Below the pieces are notes generated by a model. It was not told the origin of the DNA. It did no database searches and saw only the letters and a list, made by a program, of their open reading frames with translations. From assembly GCF_000195855.1 (NCBI RefSeq), contig NC_002677.1, positions 150,001 through 182,000 on the forward strand: DNA of 32,000 nucleotides. The letters are read 5' to 3'. Of this stretch, positions 1 to 10,494 are shown in pieces. A program made the position numbers and the translations under genes. The stretch comes from Mycobacterium leprae TN. GTDB taxonomy: Bacteria; Actinomycetota; Actinomycetes; Mycobacteriales; Mycobacteriaceae. The stretch's first letter is position 1, and each line of letters starts with the position of its first letter.

Positions 1-125
1 ATGGCGGCTAGCACGATCCGCGCAGGGGCGTTGCGCAGGTAGCGCTTGCAGATGGCCAGTCCTATTTCGGAGGTCCCCCCGAGCAGCAGCACTGTCTGCG
101 GATGTCCTACGGCGTCGAGCACCAT
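1..125 (-). CDS. dprE2: Decaprenylphosphoryl-2-keto-ribose reductase DprE2 (Rv3791-like), 5' part only; runs off the window edge
   Basis: The reverse complement of 1-125 reads [41 protein letters not shown], with an SDR Rossmann motif GGTSEIG. The ATG at 125 lies 2 nt after the dprE1 stop, matching the dprE1-dprE2 order in M. tuberculosis. It is truncated, so it is not in the ORF track. Confidence 0.85.
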   Translation of the reverse strand, partial: MVLDAVGHPQTVLLLGGTSEIGLAICKRYLRNAPARIVLAA

Positions 126-127
126 AT

Positions 128-1516
128 TTAGAGCAACTCCAAACGTCGGGCCATGTCGGAGGAGAAAACCCGCAAGGGGTCGACCTTGCGGCGCACAGCG
201 ATCCACTCGTCGATGCGCGGGTACATGGCGTGAAAGGTGTCAGCGGTGGTACGGGAGTCCTTGGCGGTGTAGAGTCGCCCTCCGAGTTCCATGACCCGGC
301 GGTCCAGCTTGTTGACAAATTCGTTGAGTCCGGATTTGATCGGGAAGTCCACGCAGATATTCCAGCCTGGGATCGGGAAACTCAGCGGTGCCTGGTTTCC
401 GGGGCCGAACAGCTTAAACACGTTCAGAAATGAATAGTGACCGCTGCCTTGCATGTCACCGATGATCCTCTTGACCTTGTCGACCGCTTCGGTGGGTATC
501 ACGAACTGGTATTGTAGGAATCCTGCTGCGCCGTAGGCGCGGTTCCATTCGCCGAACATGTCCAACGGGTGGTAAAATTGTGTCAGGTTCTGGATCTTGC
601 CTCGGTAGGTGCCAGACTTGCGGTACCAGAGTTCACCGATCGGCATGAAGGTATATTTGTTGGCCAACCCGTTCGGAAAAACATCGGGCAAGGTAAGTAA
701 TTGTGGTGCATGAAATTTCAGTGGATTGCGCCGCAGCTTTGCGGGCAACTGGTCCAGCCTGGCTAAGCAGCCGCGTGATACCGCCGCACGGCCCAGTTTC
801 GGGGAAGCGCTGATGGCGTCGAACCAAGCGCTGGAGTAGGTGTAGTCAGCCTCGCTGCCGTCGCTATGCAATGCGATGGTTTCGTCGAGGCTACCGGTGA
901 TGTCGCCGTCAGCGATGAAATAGGCTGTCTCGGTCGGCATCATTTCGATGGTAGCGCGCATGATGATGCCGGTTAGGCCGTTCCCACCGACGGTGGCCCA
1001 GAACAGTTCGGAATCCTTGCCTGTTGGCGTGAGTCGCCGCACTTCGCCACTGGCGGTCAGCAAGTCCATGCTGCGCACATAGTTGCCGAAGCTGCCCGCG
1101 CTGTGATGGTTTTTGCCGTGGATGTCGCACGCGATCGCACCGCCGATGGTTACCTGTCGGGTTCCCGGCAACACCGGTATCCACAGGCCGAATGGCAGGG
1201 CCGCTTTCATCAGCTTGTTCAGGTTGACGCCGGCGTCGACGTCGGCCAACTTGGTGTCGGTGTTTATGCAGTGGATGGTGTTCAGCGGGGTCATGTCGAT
1301 CACTAACCCACCACCGTTTTGCGCATTGTCGCCGTAGGACCGGCCTAGCCCGCGGGCTATCACCCCCCGGCCGTCGGCATCGGCGACCCGGGCCACTACC
1401 TTGGATATCAGCTCGGCATCAGGGGTGCTGAGCACGTTTGCCACCGACGGTGCAGTACGCCCCCATCCGGTCAGCCGGGTTGCGGTGGTGGAAACTCCCA
1501 TGTTCAACATCGTCAA
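128..1516 (-). CDS. dprE1: Decaprenylphosphoryl-beta-D-ribose 2'-oxidase DprE1 (FAD-dependent, Rv3790-like)
   Basis: A 462-aa ORF. It has the N-terminus [17 protein letters not shown] and the FAD-binding motif [15 protein letters not shown], and it aligns along its length with my recollection of Rv3790. It sits between the GtrA-like gene and dprE2. Confidence 0.95.
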   Translation of the reverse strand: MTMLNMGVSTTATRLTGWGRTAPSVANVLSTPDAELISKVVARVADADGRGVIARGLGRSYGDNAQNGGGLVIDMTPLNTIHCINTDTKLADVDAGVNLNKLMKAALPFGLWIPVLPGTRQVTIGGAIACDIHGKNHHSAGSFGNYVRSMDLLTASGEVRRLTPTGKDSELFWATVGGNGLTGIIMRATIEMMPTETAYFIADGDITGSLDETIALHSDGSEADYTYSSAWFDAISASPKLGRAAVSRGCLARLDQLPAKLRRNPLKFHAPQLLTLPDVFPNGLANKYTFMPIGELWYRKSGTYRGKIQNLTQFYHPLDMFGEWNRAYGAAGFLQYQFVIPTEAVDKVKRIIGDMQGSGHYSFLNVFKLFGPGNQAPLSFPIPGWNICVDFPIKSGLNEFVNKLDRRVMELGGRLYTAKDSRTTADTFHAMYPRIDEWIAVRRKVDPLRVFSSDMARRLELL

Positions 1517-1577
1517 AGAGAGTACCGCTTGGTTCTGCGACGATGCGGGATTTTTCTTCCCGGTAGTCCGGGCTAGT

Positions 1578-2461
<884 letters not shown>

Positions 2462-2765
2462 GTGTACCAAGAATTCGATTCGTCGCTTTTCGCTGTTACC
2501 TCGGCCCGACGCAGTCGTCGTCAATATGCGACAAGCATTTTGCAGCCAGTCATTTACCGGGATCCTGACTCTGTTGACGGTTCTATCTTCTGTTGTTGGG
2601 CTTGGCCGAATGCATAGTAATTCGGCCACCGACCTCACGTTGAGTGTGGTCTGCGATACTACTAATCGCGGAAGGGTGTGTCATGCAACATTGTTCGGAT
2701 TTTCCGGCGAGATGCTGCTCGCTCTGTGAAACCAGTCCGATTTCCAGTCGGGTGAGCCTTTTCGG

Positions 2766-2803
2766 CGGGTGCCCTACTGGGATTACACCCAGTAGGGCAC
2801 CCG
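2766..2803 (-). terminator. 16-bp stem / 6-nt loop hairpin overlapping the rfbD stop codon
   Basis: The sequence cgggtgccctactggg-attaca-cccagtagggcacccg has perfectly complementary arms. There is no U-tract after it on the minus strand, so any terminator role would be of the tractless mycobacterial type. Confidence 0.3.
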
Positions 2804-3613
2804 GGCGCGGTATTGCCGCATCGCGAACGCCGCTAAGAGCCACCCAGCGGCTGTTAGCGTCACCACCACTGCCCAATGCCGCAGCTCTTGGTGAGCACCC
2901 AACAGTGGTGCACGCACGATATCGAGGTAGTGCAGCAGTGGGTTAAGTTCGACTATGCTTGACCAGCGTCCCTCGCCCTGTTGCCGCAGCGCGTCGTCGT
3001 TCCAGATGATTGGCGTTATAAAAAACAACAACTGCACGACTGAGAACAGCAAGGGGCCGATGTCACGGTAGCGAGTTGCCAGGATGCCGAAACACAGTGA
3101 CACCCACACACTATTGAGGATTACCAACGCCAGCGCCGGAAAGACCGACAGATCGGCCCAAGACCACGGTTTAGGGAAGAGGATCCCAACGACGAGATAG
3201 ATGATGATATTGTGCGTGAACAAGATCGTCTGTCTCCACACCAGTCGGTAGACATGCACGCTCAACGGTGTGGGTAACTGTTTGATCAGGCCCTCATTCG
3301 CGACGAACACTTCAGCGCCTTCCAGGATTGCGGCGTTGATCAAATTCCAGATGATCAACCCAAGAGTGACGTATGGCAGGTGCACAGATAGGTCCAGGTG
3401 AAACAACTTCGAATACAGCCCGCCCATCGCAATGGAGGTGGTCCCGGTCGCGATGGTGATCCAGAACGGTCCTAGCACCGAGCGGCGGTAGCGCTGCTTG
3501 ATATCCTGCCAGCCCAGGTGTAACCACAGTTCGTGGCGGTGTAAGCCCTCGATCAGATCACTTCGGGCGCGAGCAAGAGTGCGTGACTGTGCTGCCGCAT
3601 CGACAAATGTCAT
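2783..3613 (-). CDS. rfbD: ABC-2 type polysaccharide exporter permease (Wzm-like, Rv3783 RfbD-like)
   Basis: A 276-aa polytopic membrane ORF with an ABC-2 signature context (QDIKQRYRRSVLGPFW). It lies in the glfT1/rfbE cluster, as in M. tuberculosis. Confidence 0.9.
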   Translation of the reverse strand: MTFVDAAAQSRTLARARSDLIEGLHRHELWLHLGWQDIKQRYRRSVLGPFWITIATGTTSIAMGGLYSKLFHLDLSVHLPYVTLGLIIWNLINAAILEGAEVFVANEGLIKQLPTPLSVHVYRLVWRQTILFTHNIIIYLVVGILFPKPWSWADLSVFPALALVILNSVWVSLCFGILATRYRDIGPLLFSVVQLLFFITPIIWNDDALRQQGEGRWSSIVELNPLLHYLDIVRAPLLGAHQELRHWAVVVTLTAAGWLLAAFAMRQYRARVPYWV

Positions 3614-3662
3614 TTGCGCTGCTCCTCCTCATTGTTTTGCTCTTCATCGTCGACGGTGCGCG

Positions 3663-4583
3663 TCATGATGATCCTCTCATGTCGGGCTTACCGAAATTCT
3701 CGCGACGTCCCAAGCGATGCAAGCGAATCCACTCTCGTAGCCCCTTGGGGTCGCGGCGGATAACGAGGAAGAACCAGCTGAACCGAAACCACTCTTGGGC
3801 TACCAGCTTGCGCAGACCCGGTTGTGCCATCAGGTAGCCGCGGTTTCGGTAAGTGAAGAATCGCTTGATGGGGTCGTCGGGATACTGGGTGTGCATGCGG
3901 CCGCCCAGGATCGGCCGGAACTCGTCGGATCCACAGGGATGTAGGTAGATTGTCTCCAGGCAGGTCCCGAATGGCAGGCCGGAACGTGCCAGCCGCCGAT
4001 GCAACTCCACCTCGTCGCCTCGTATGAACAGTCGCATATCCGGAACGCCGATCGAGTCTAAGGTGGACGCCCGAAACAGCGCGCCGTTGAATAGCGATGC
4101 GATACCCCGCAGCAGATCTTGCCCCTCTTTGGTACGCAATTCGCTTGCTCGCCTATGCCAGCCTAGGCCGCGCCGCAACGGAAACGCAAGCAGTTCCGGA
4201 TCGTCCAGGCTACACACCATCGGTGACACCTCAGCTAGGCCGTACTTATCGGCGCATGCCAAGAGGGTCGCAAGCATCCGGGTGTCCTGCGGGATCCCGT
4301 CGTCGTCGGCCAGCCAAACCCAATCAGCGCCCAGCGTCAGAGCGTGCAACATTCCTAGCGCGAAACCTCCTGCCCCTCCTAGGTTTTTGCGTGAACCCAA
4401 GTAAGTGGTTGGGATTGGTTGACCGTCAACAAGATCGCGCACCCGGCTGTGTTCAGCACCGTCGTTATCCACCACGATCAAGTGATCAGGTAACCGGGTC
4501 TGGGTGCTCAGCACATCCAACGCCTTGGCTAGCTCGCCGGGACGCCGGTGGGTAACCACGACGGCGCAGACGGATTCACTCAT
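3663..4583 (-). CDS. glfT1: GT2-family galactofuranosyltransferase GlfT1 (Rv3782-like)
   Basis: A 306-aa ORF with the N-terminus VCAVVVTHRRPGELAKALDVLSTQTRLPDHLIVVDNDG and a later WLADDDG motif, a typical GT2 fold. Its start overlaps the rfbE stop by 8 nt. Confidence 0.9.
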   Translation of the reverse strand: MSESVCAVVVTHRRPGELAKALDVLSTQTRLPDHLIVVDNDGAEHSRVRDLVDGQPIPTTYLGSRKNLGGAGGFALGMLHALTLGADWVWLADDDGIPQDTRMLATLLACADKYGLAEVSPMVCSLDDPELLAFPLRRGLGWHRRASELRTKEGQDLLRGIASLFNGALFRASTLDSIGVPDMRLFIRGDEVELHRRLARSGLPFGTCLETIYLHPCGSDEFRPILGGRMHTQYPDDPIKRFFTYRNRGYLMAQPGLRKLVAQEWFRFSWFFLVIRRDPKGLREWIRLHRLGRRENFGKPDMRGSS

Positions 4584-5394
4584 CTCCGGAAGCGTTTTGC
4601 GCGGAGGCAGTTTCGGCTATCACCTCGCGCACATGCCGGGCTGCGTCCTCGCCTTCGTAGGCACGCACTACGTCTTCGATGCCGCCGCTGAGCTCGATGA
4701 CTCCGTGGTCGATCCACATCGCGGTCTTGCACAATCGGGCCAGGAACTCGTTGGAGTGGCTAGCGAAGACCAAGATTCCAGAGCGTTCCACCAAGCTCTG
4801 CAGCCGGGATTGTGCTTTCTTCAGGAAGTCGGTGTCCACCGAGCCGATCCCTTCATCGAGTAACAGGATCTCGGGGTCGATGCTAGTGACCACGCCCATC
4901 GCTAGTCTGACTCGCATCCCGGTGGAATACGTGCGTAGCGGCATCGACAGGTAATCGCCGAGCTCAGTGAACTCAGCGATCTCGTCCACCTTGCCCAGCA
5001 TCTGCTTTCGGGTCTGCCCGAGGAACAGGCCGCGGATTATGATGTTCTCGTAGCCGGAGATCTCGGGGTCCATGCCAATCCCGAGGTCGAAAACCGGTGC
5101 TACTCGGCCGGTGACCTTCGCCCAACCTCGGGTGGGCTCGTAGATGCCCGAAAGCAGGCGCAGCAGCGTCGATTTCCCGGCACCGTTGTGCCCAACCAAA
5201 CCCACTCGGTCACCTACGCTTAGCGACATCGTGATGTCCCGCAATGCCTCGATGACGACGACGTTGGAGTTGTTGCGCCCAATGGTGCCGCCCGCCTTAC
5301 CCAGAACGGCTTTTTTCAACGAACGCGCCTTGGCGTCGAAAATGGGAAATTCCACCCACGCATTGTTTGTCTCGATATGAGGACCCTCCACCAT
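4576..5394 (-). CDS. rfbE: ABC exporter ATP-binding protein (Wzt-like, Rv3781 RfbE-like)
   Basis: A 272-aa ORF with Walker A GHNGAGKST, the ABC signature YSTGMRVRL and Walker B ILLLDE. Confidence 0.92.
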   Translation of the reverse strand: MVEGPHIETNNAWVEFPIFDAKARSLKKAVLGKAGGTIGRNNSNVVVIEALRDITMSLSVGDRVGLVGHNGAGKSTLLRLLSGIYEPTRGWAKVTGRVAPVFDLGIGMDPEISGYENIIIRGLFLGQTRKQMLGKVDEIAEFTELGDYLSMPLRTYSTGMRVRLAMGVVTSIDPEILLLDEGIGSVDTDFLKKAQSRLQSLVERSGILVFASHSNEFLARLCKTAMWIDHGVIELSGGIEDVVRAYEGEDAARHVREVIAETASAQNASGDE

Positions 5395-5412
5395 GAACGA
5401 CTTTCAATCGGC

Positions 5413-5949
5413 TTACAGGTACTGTCCAGTACCTTGACCGCCGGCTTGTCCTGGTTTGCCCATGCCCGGTGGCAATGCGCTGTGGCGCATTTGCTCCAGC
5501 TGTGCACGTGCGGCCATCTGTTGAGCGAACAGTGCGGTCTGGATGCCGTGGAACAGTCCTTCCAGCCAGCCGACCAGCTGAGCCTGCGCGATGCGCAACT
5601 CGGCATTCGACGGTGCTGTACTCTCGTTGAATGGCAGGGTGAGCCGGTCGAGTTCCTCGCGTAGTTCGGGCGCCAGGCCGTCCTCAAGCTCCCGGATGCT
5701 GGTGGCGTGGATCTCGCGCAGCTGGTTGCGGCTGGCTTCGTCTAGAGGCGCGGCACGCACTTCCTCGAGCAGTTGCTTTATCATGGTGCCTATTCGCATC
5801 ACCTTGGCGGGCTGCTCGACCAGGTCGGTTAGGGAAGGTTCGTCGGAGTCCCTGCTTTCATCCTCGCCGCGGGTCGCCATGGTCCGCGGATCGACCCCGC
5901 CGATGATCTCGATGCTGTCGTCGTTGTCGTTATTCAATCCAAACACCAT
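5413..5949 (-). CDS. bpa: Bacterial proteasome activator Bpa/PafE (Rv3780-like)
   Basis: A 178-aa ORF ending in GQYL, the C-terminal proteasome-docking motif of Bpa. The conserved core is LTDLVEQPAKVMRIGTMIKQLLEEVR. Confidence 0.9.
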   Translation of the reverse strand: MVFGLNNDNDDSIEIIGGVDPRTMATRGEDESRDSDEPSLTDLVEQPAKVMRIGTMIKQLLEEVRAAPLDEASRNQLREIHATSIRELEDGLAPELREELDRLTLPFNESTAPSNAELRIAQAQLVGWLEGLFHGIQTALFAQQMAARAQLEQMRHSALPPGMGKPGQAGGQGTGQYL

Positions 5950-5964
5950 CCTTTTTCGTACTTT

Positions 5965-7929
5965 CTAGGCGCGGGTCGCTGTGGCGTTCCCGCTCCACTC
6001 GAAGATCCGGGCAGCACCGTTGTCGTAAATTTTCGTCCACGACTTCGATTCCTCTAGTGACACTAGTCCGTCGGGTATGGCAAACCCTTGCACCGTCGGG
6101 CTGGTGGTCAGGATGTAGCGAATATTGAACACTCGGACCGCTTCGACTACCCACGGATTGCCAGTGCGCGCGTAAGCCCAGAAGGCGTAACGGAAATAGC
6201 CCGGTCCCGTCTGTTGCGGGAAGTCGTAGTGGGTCCATAGCGGATGCAGGTCGGCCACCGCGTACATCCAGGAGCTGCCGTCGGTATTGGAGTTGCCAAT
6301 GATGGTGTTGTGTGCACCCGGAAGGGTGGCCAAGTAGGACATGGCGTCGAGATCTTTTTGGTTGACCATCACCGAGTCGTATTTATCGCCGAACAGGACT
6401 AGATGTCGAAAAAGATAGTGCCAGGCGGTTAACACGGTGGCCGCCACCAGCAGCACCACGGTGGCCGTTGTCCATACGGGTCTGGGCAGCGCGGTGAACC
6501 GGGCAGTGACTCGTCGAGCGCCGACGACCAGGAGTAGTACCCCGGCGAACAACGCGATGCCTGCCATCGGCGTCAGCAGCATGGTCACCACGGCCGAGAG
6601 CCGTCGCGGGTCATTGTAGAAGAACTGGCTGAAACTTTCTATGGCGGAGCCGATCGGGCCGCGAAACGGTGCCGCCGAGTAGACAGTCGCCACGGTCAAC
6701 ACCAGCCAGGCTATCGAGGGCCACCAGATTTTTTGGTACAGAAGGATTGCCATGCCAATGGCGGCTAACACCACCAAGCCGTATTGTATAGGGAAATCGT
6801 TGAGGTGGCGAGTGTGCAAAAGAAGTGCATCGATCACGCCTTGTTTCACGCTCTTGAAGCTGGGGAATGAGTGCCCGGCGATAATGTCGGCCTGGTTTAA
6901 CACCGCGATGAACTGCGGCGCCAGTATCAGCGCTGTCGGCATCACTACGGCGGCCAGGGTCCGCGCGTCGGCTGCCCGGCTGCGCACTGGATGCAATAGC
7001 GCGTTCATTAACCACCAACCCAACAGGAAAAGGCTGACGACGATCCCGCCAGTGAGATGTACCGAGAAGGTGCCCACCAGTGCCAGAATGGCCACCGGTA
7101 TGCGATCGCGGTGGCGCAACGTCGAGGTGATCAAGACCATCGTTGGTACCGCGACCCCGTAAGCCGCCAGGTTCGGCATCGCGGCGACACCGAACTCGAC
7201 ATAGGGGACCGAGGTGAATGCTGCCGACAGCGCGGCTGCGGTGGCCGACGCCCCAGCGGCGCGTTTTTGTGTCGTAACTGGGCGCAGCAGATGCCAAGTG
7301 AGGGTAGCTGCGCTGACCGGAAACAGCCAAACCGCCACTGCCAGTGAGCTCACGGTGTAGCCGGTGGTGGGTGCCGCCCCGGTGAGCTGGCAGTAGACTC
7401 CTGCCAGGGCATGCAACACTGACGGGTAATACAGCACCGAGTGCGTCTCGACGTTGCGAAGTTCACCCATGTGGGTGGGCGACGCCTGGCCGGTGTCAAG
7501 GATAAAACGCACAGTGTTGGCGTGCCAGACCGCGTCCCAGGTGCTGGGGATGGATTGCCAATGCAGCAGGCCACGGTAGGCTGCCCAGCCAATCAGTAGG
7601 GCGCCCAGCAATACTCCAACCGCCACCGTAACCGCTGGCCATCCGCTGATACCTCGGGTTTCGGCCGCGGTGTCGCGGTAGCGGACTAGAAGCAGCCGAA
7701 AAGCAATCATCAGCATGCTCACCGCGACCAGAGCGGCCAGTGCTGTCCAACTGTTCCAAGGTATTCCGACCGCGCCAAAAGGAATGATCACCAGCGCAAT
7801 CACGCCGTACGTCAACGCTGGACTAACCGCAATAGCTATCGGCCAGGTTAGCGCAGCGAAACGCGCGACGATTGTTTCCGGCACGATCAGCAAGAACAAT
7901 GCGATCAGCGTTCCGCAGCACAGTCCCAC
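5965..7929 (-). CDS. Polytopic GT-C type membrane glycosyltransferase (Rv3779-like)
   Basis: The ORF is open to 8118 (717 aa) and has many TM helices followed by a C-terminal soluble domain. I place the start at the GTG at 7929 ([14 protein letters not shown]), giving 654 aa. This is close to the roughly 666 aa I recall for Rv3779 and avoids overlapping the divergent gene. The start is uncertain. Confidence 0.8.
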   Translation of the reverse strand: MGLCCGTLIALFLLIVPETIVARFAALTWPIAIAVSPALTYGVIALVIIPFGAVGIPWNSWTALAALVAVSMLMIAFRLLLVRYRDTAAETRGISGWPAVTVAVGVLLGALLIGWAAYRGLLHWQSIPSTWDAVWHANTVRFILDTGQASPTHMGELRNVETHSVLYYPSVLHALAGVYCQLTGAAPTTGYTVSSLAVAVWLFPVSAATLTWHLLRPVTTQKRAAGASATAAALSAAFTSVPYVEFGVAAMPNLAAYGVAVPTMVLITSTLRHRDRIPVAILALVGTFSVHLTGGIVVSLFLLGWWLMNALLHPVRSRAADARTLAAVVMPTALILAPQFIAVLNQADIIAGHSFPSFKSVKQGVIDALLLHTRHLNDFPIQYGLVVLAAIGMAILLYQKIWWPSIAWLVLTVATVYSAAPFRGPIGSAIESFSQFFYNDPRRLSAVVTMLLTPMAGIALFAGVLLLVVGARRVTARFTALPRPVWTTATVVLLVAATVLTAWHYLFRHLVLFGDKYDSVMVNQKDLDAMSYLATLPGAHNTIIGNSNTDGSSWMYAVADLHPLWTHYDFPQQTGPGYFRYAFWAYARTGNPWVVEAVRVFNIRYILTTSPTVQGFAIPDGLVSLEESKSWTKIYDNGAARIFEWSGNATATRA

Positions 7930-8055
7930 TCGACTAGTATGACTTTCTGGGTGACCTTGCTCGCGACGTTCGACTGGTCGGAACGGCTTGGCCGTTTCAG
8001 TGGTATCCGCTACCGTCGCGAATTCGCGGAATGGCGAAACTCTAAGGTGGCTGGC

Positions 8056-9252
8056 ATGGCATATGACGCCGCCCGGGTGCGCGGTCTGCACCCGTCCCTG
8101 GGTGATGGCTGGGTGCATTTCGATGCGCCGGCTGGGATGCTGATTCCAGATTCCGTCGCGACCACAGTGTCGACTGCATTCCGCAGATCCAGCTCCACCA
8201 CATCAGGTGCTCACCCGTCCGCGCAGCGCAGTGCCGCGGTGCTGGCCGCGGCGCGTGCCTCGGTGGCCGATTTGTTCGGCGCGGACCCAGCTGGTGTCGT
8301 GTTAGCCGCCGACCGCGCGGTCTTATTGTCATCGTTGGCCGCAGCGTCGTCCTCGTGTGCCGGCCTGGGATACGAGGTGATTGTCAGCCGCCTCGACGAC
8401 GAGGTGAATATAGCTCCGTGGCTGCGGGCGGCACACCGCCACGGTGCAAAGGTGAAATGGGCCGAGGTCGATATCGAGACCGGTGAGTTGCCGACGTGGC
8501 AGTGGGAGAGCCTGATCGGCGAATCGACCCGACTGGTGGCCGTTACGTCAGCGTCAGGGACGTTGGGTACCGTTACCGACCTGCGGGCGATGACTAAGCT
8601 GGTTCACGATGTTGGCGGGCTTGTCGTAGTTGATCATTCCGCCGCCTCCCCCTACCGGCTGTTAGATCTCAACGAGACCGAGGTTGACGTGGTGGCGGTG
8701 AACGCTCATGCATGGGGCGGTCCGCCGATCGGGGCTGTGGTGTTTCGCGACCCCGGGTTGATCGACACCTTCACCTTAGCGTCGACAGACCCCCACGCCG
8801 CGGGCCCGGCGCGTCTGGAGGTTGGTTTGCATCAGTTCGGACTGCTGGCCGGTGTAGTGGACAGCATAGAATACCTTGCTGCACTTGATGAATCGGCTCG
8901 TGGCAGCAGGCGCGAACGATTATCGGTGTCAATGCAATCCGCCGGTTTGTATCTGAACCGGATATTCGACTACCTGATGATGTCGTTGCGATCTTTGTCG
9001 TTGGTGATGGTGATCGGCCGTCCGGAGGTGCGGATACCGGTCGTCAGTTTTGTGCACCAAGGGGTTCCTGCAGACATGGTGGTGCAGCGCCTGGCTGACA
9101 ACGGAATTCTGGCGATATGTGACCCAAGGTCACGTGTGCTTGACGTACTCGGCGTAAATGACATCGGCGGCGCGGTTACTGTCGGGCTAGCGCATTATTC
9201 GACGACGGTCGAAGTCGACCAGTTAGTGCGCACGCTGGCGTCGCTTGGCTAG
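8056..9252 (+). CDS. Class V aminotransferase / cysteine desulfurase-like protein (Rv3778c-like)
   Basis: The ORF is open from 7939. The ATG at 8056 ([19 protein letters not shown]) gives 398 aa, and an in-frame GTG at 8047 is an alternative. The family call comes from overall similarity as I recall it; I did not pin down a PLP motif. Confidence 0.8.
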   Translation: MAYDAARVRGLHPSLGDGWVHFDAPAGMLIPDSVATTVSTAFRRSSSTTSGAHPSAQRSAAVLAAARASVADLFGADPAGVVLAADRAVLLSSLAAASSSCAGLGYEVIVSRLDDEVNIAPWLRAAHRHGAKVKWAEVDIETGELPTWQWESLIGESTRLVAVTSASGTLGTVTDLRAMTKLVHDVGGLVVVDHSAASPYRLLDLNETEVDVVAVNAHAWGGPPIGAVVFRDPGLIDTFTLASTDPHAAGPARLEVGLHQFGLLAGVVDSIEYLAALDESARGSRRERLSVSMQSAGLYLNRIFDYLMMSLRSLSLVMVIGRPEVRIPVVSFVHQGVPADMVVQRLADNGILAICDPRSRVLDVLGVNDIGGAVTVGLAHYSTTVEVDQLVRTLASLG

Positions 9253-10259
9253 TGGTGCCGCGAGAGTAAAGTCTCGGTTCCCGAGCCTGCGACGGTCAGC
9301 ACGATCTTCCCGGAAACCTTCCCTGACAACAACAGTTGGTGCGCGTCAGCCGCCTGTTGGACAGCCATGCGTGCTCCGATGATGGGCCGCACAGAACCGT
9401 CGGCGATCATCGGCCAGATCGAGGCCGTGACTGCGGCCACGATTTCGCTTTTACTGTTCGGGCCGTTTACGGGCCGGGCCCGCAGTGTACTGCCGATAAT
9501 CCGGGCCCGTTTGCTCAGCACCTTGCCGAGGTTGAGCTCGCCTTTTACCCCGCCCTGCAAGCCTATGACGATAAGTTGCCCGTCGATGGCAAGGGCGTCG
9601 ATATTGCGGTCCAGATACGCCGCGCCCATGATATCGAGGATTACGTCAGCGCCGCCATTCTGCTGCTGCAGCCGTGCGACGAAGTCCTCGTCGCGGTAGT
9701 TGATGGTAATTTGGGCGCCCAGGGCGCGACAAAATTCCAGCTTTTCTTCCGATCCAGCGGTGACCGCGACCTTGGCGCCCAACGCTCGTGCCACCTGGAT
9801 CCCGTGGCTTCCTATGCCACTGGTACCGCCATGCAACAGCAGCAGCTGGCCTGCGCTCAGATGAGCGGCCATCACCAGGTTCGACCACACCGTGCAGGCC
9901 ACTTCCGGTATTCCCGCGGAGTCGACCACGTTGACCCCCTTGGGGATCGGCATCACTTGGCTGGCGGGAACGGCGACATATTCCGCGTAGCCGCCGCCGG
10001 CAAGCAAAGCGCAAACTTCTTGTCCAACAGACCATTCGGTGACCCCTGAGCTGACTGCTGCGACGACACCGGCTACCTCCATGCCGATGATCGCACTGGC
10101 CCCTGGCGGGTGCGGATATTTTCCGGCTACCTGCAGCACGTCGGCGCGGTTTACTCCGGACGCTGCAACCTCGATCAGTACCTCGCCGGGGCCTGCTGTG
10201 ACATCGGGTACTTCCCGCCATACCATTTGGTTGGCTGATTCAGCGACGATGGCGTGCAT
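9249..10259 (-). CDS. NADPH:quinone oxidoreductase, zeta-crystallin/MDR family (Rv3777-like)
   Basis: A 336-aa ORF with the MDR pattern [15 protein letters not shown] and the nucleotide-binding motif [16 protein letters not shown]. Confidence 0.85.
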   Translation of the reverse strand: MHAIVAESANQMVWREVPDVTAGPGEVLIEVAASGVNRADVLQVAGKYPHPPGASAIIGMEVAGVVAAVSSGVTEWSVGQEVCALLAGGGYAEYVAVPASQVMPIPKGVNVVDSAGIPEVACTVWSNLVMAAHLSAGQLLLLHGGTSGIGSHGIQVARALGAKVAVTAGSEEKLEFCRALGAQITINYRDEDFVARLQQQNGGADVILDIMGAAYLDRNIDALAIDGQLIVIGLQGGVKGELNLGKVLSKRARIIGSTLRARPVNGPNSKSEIVAAVTASIWPMIADGSVRPIIGARMAVQQAADAHQLLLSGKVSGKIVLTVAGSGTETLLSRHH

Positions 10260-10311
10260 GTTGTTACGGTACTACCCTCTTATTCCTTATATTGTTGATA
10301 TTGTTGTCAAC

Positions 10312-10398
10312 GGTGGCGTGGCAGAGCGGCCTAATGCGCTCGTCTTGAAAGCGAGAGACGGCTAAAATCGTCCGGGGGTTCAAATCCCTCCGCCACCG
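10312..10398 (+). tRNA. tRNA-Ser (anticodon UGA)
   Basis: Hand-folded. The acceptor is GGTGGCG/CGCCACC, the anticodon stem is CTCGT/GCGAG with loop CTTGAAA, there is a long variable arm, and the T-loop is TTCAAAT. No CCA is encoded. Confidence 0.9.
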
Positions 10399-10494
10399 CC
10401 GTGCTGTAGTGGTACAGCTATCATGTATCACGCTTGTTTGTAAGTTGGTATGGCCGGTAACGCTGTTTTTTGCATCAGCTCGCGGAGCGATTGT

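Noticed and set aside
6611-7330. 239-aa alternative-frame ORF inside the GT-C membrane protein gene
   Set aside because: It is on the same strand but off-frame within a gene whose frame is supported by TM-helix periodicity and homology. Its composition is an Arg/Gly/Pro-rich artefact.
7939-8118. Apparent 180-nt head-to-head overlap of the two divergent long ORFs (5965-8118 minus and 7939-9252 plus)
   Set aside because: Both ORFs have better-supported internal starts: GTG 7929 for the membrane transferase and ATG 8056 for the aminotransferase. These give lengths close to the M. tuberculosis homologues and leave a normal 126-nt divergent promoter region. The extensions are open-frame artefacts of GC-rich DNA.
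9336-10049. 237-aa plus-strand ORF, together with the 191-aa ORF at 9646-10221 on the minus strand
   Set aside because: The first is antisense and the second is an alternative frame of the clearly homologous quinone oxidoreductase gene. Both have the Arg/Pro/Gly-rich low-complexity translations typical of off-frame GC-rich sequence.
10261-10311. Imperfect tandem ATTGTTGAT/ATTGTTGTC and a TATATT box upstream of tRNA-Ser(UGA), a possible promoter
   Set aside because: It is plausible, but it rests only on weak hexamer resemblance in an AT-rich spacer shared with the divergent oxidoreductase gene. That is not enough to call a feature.
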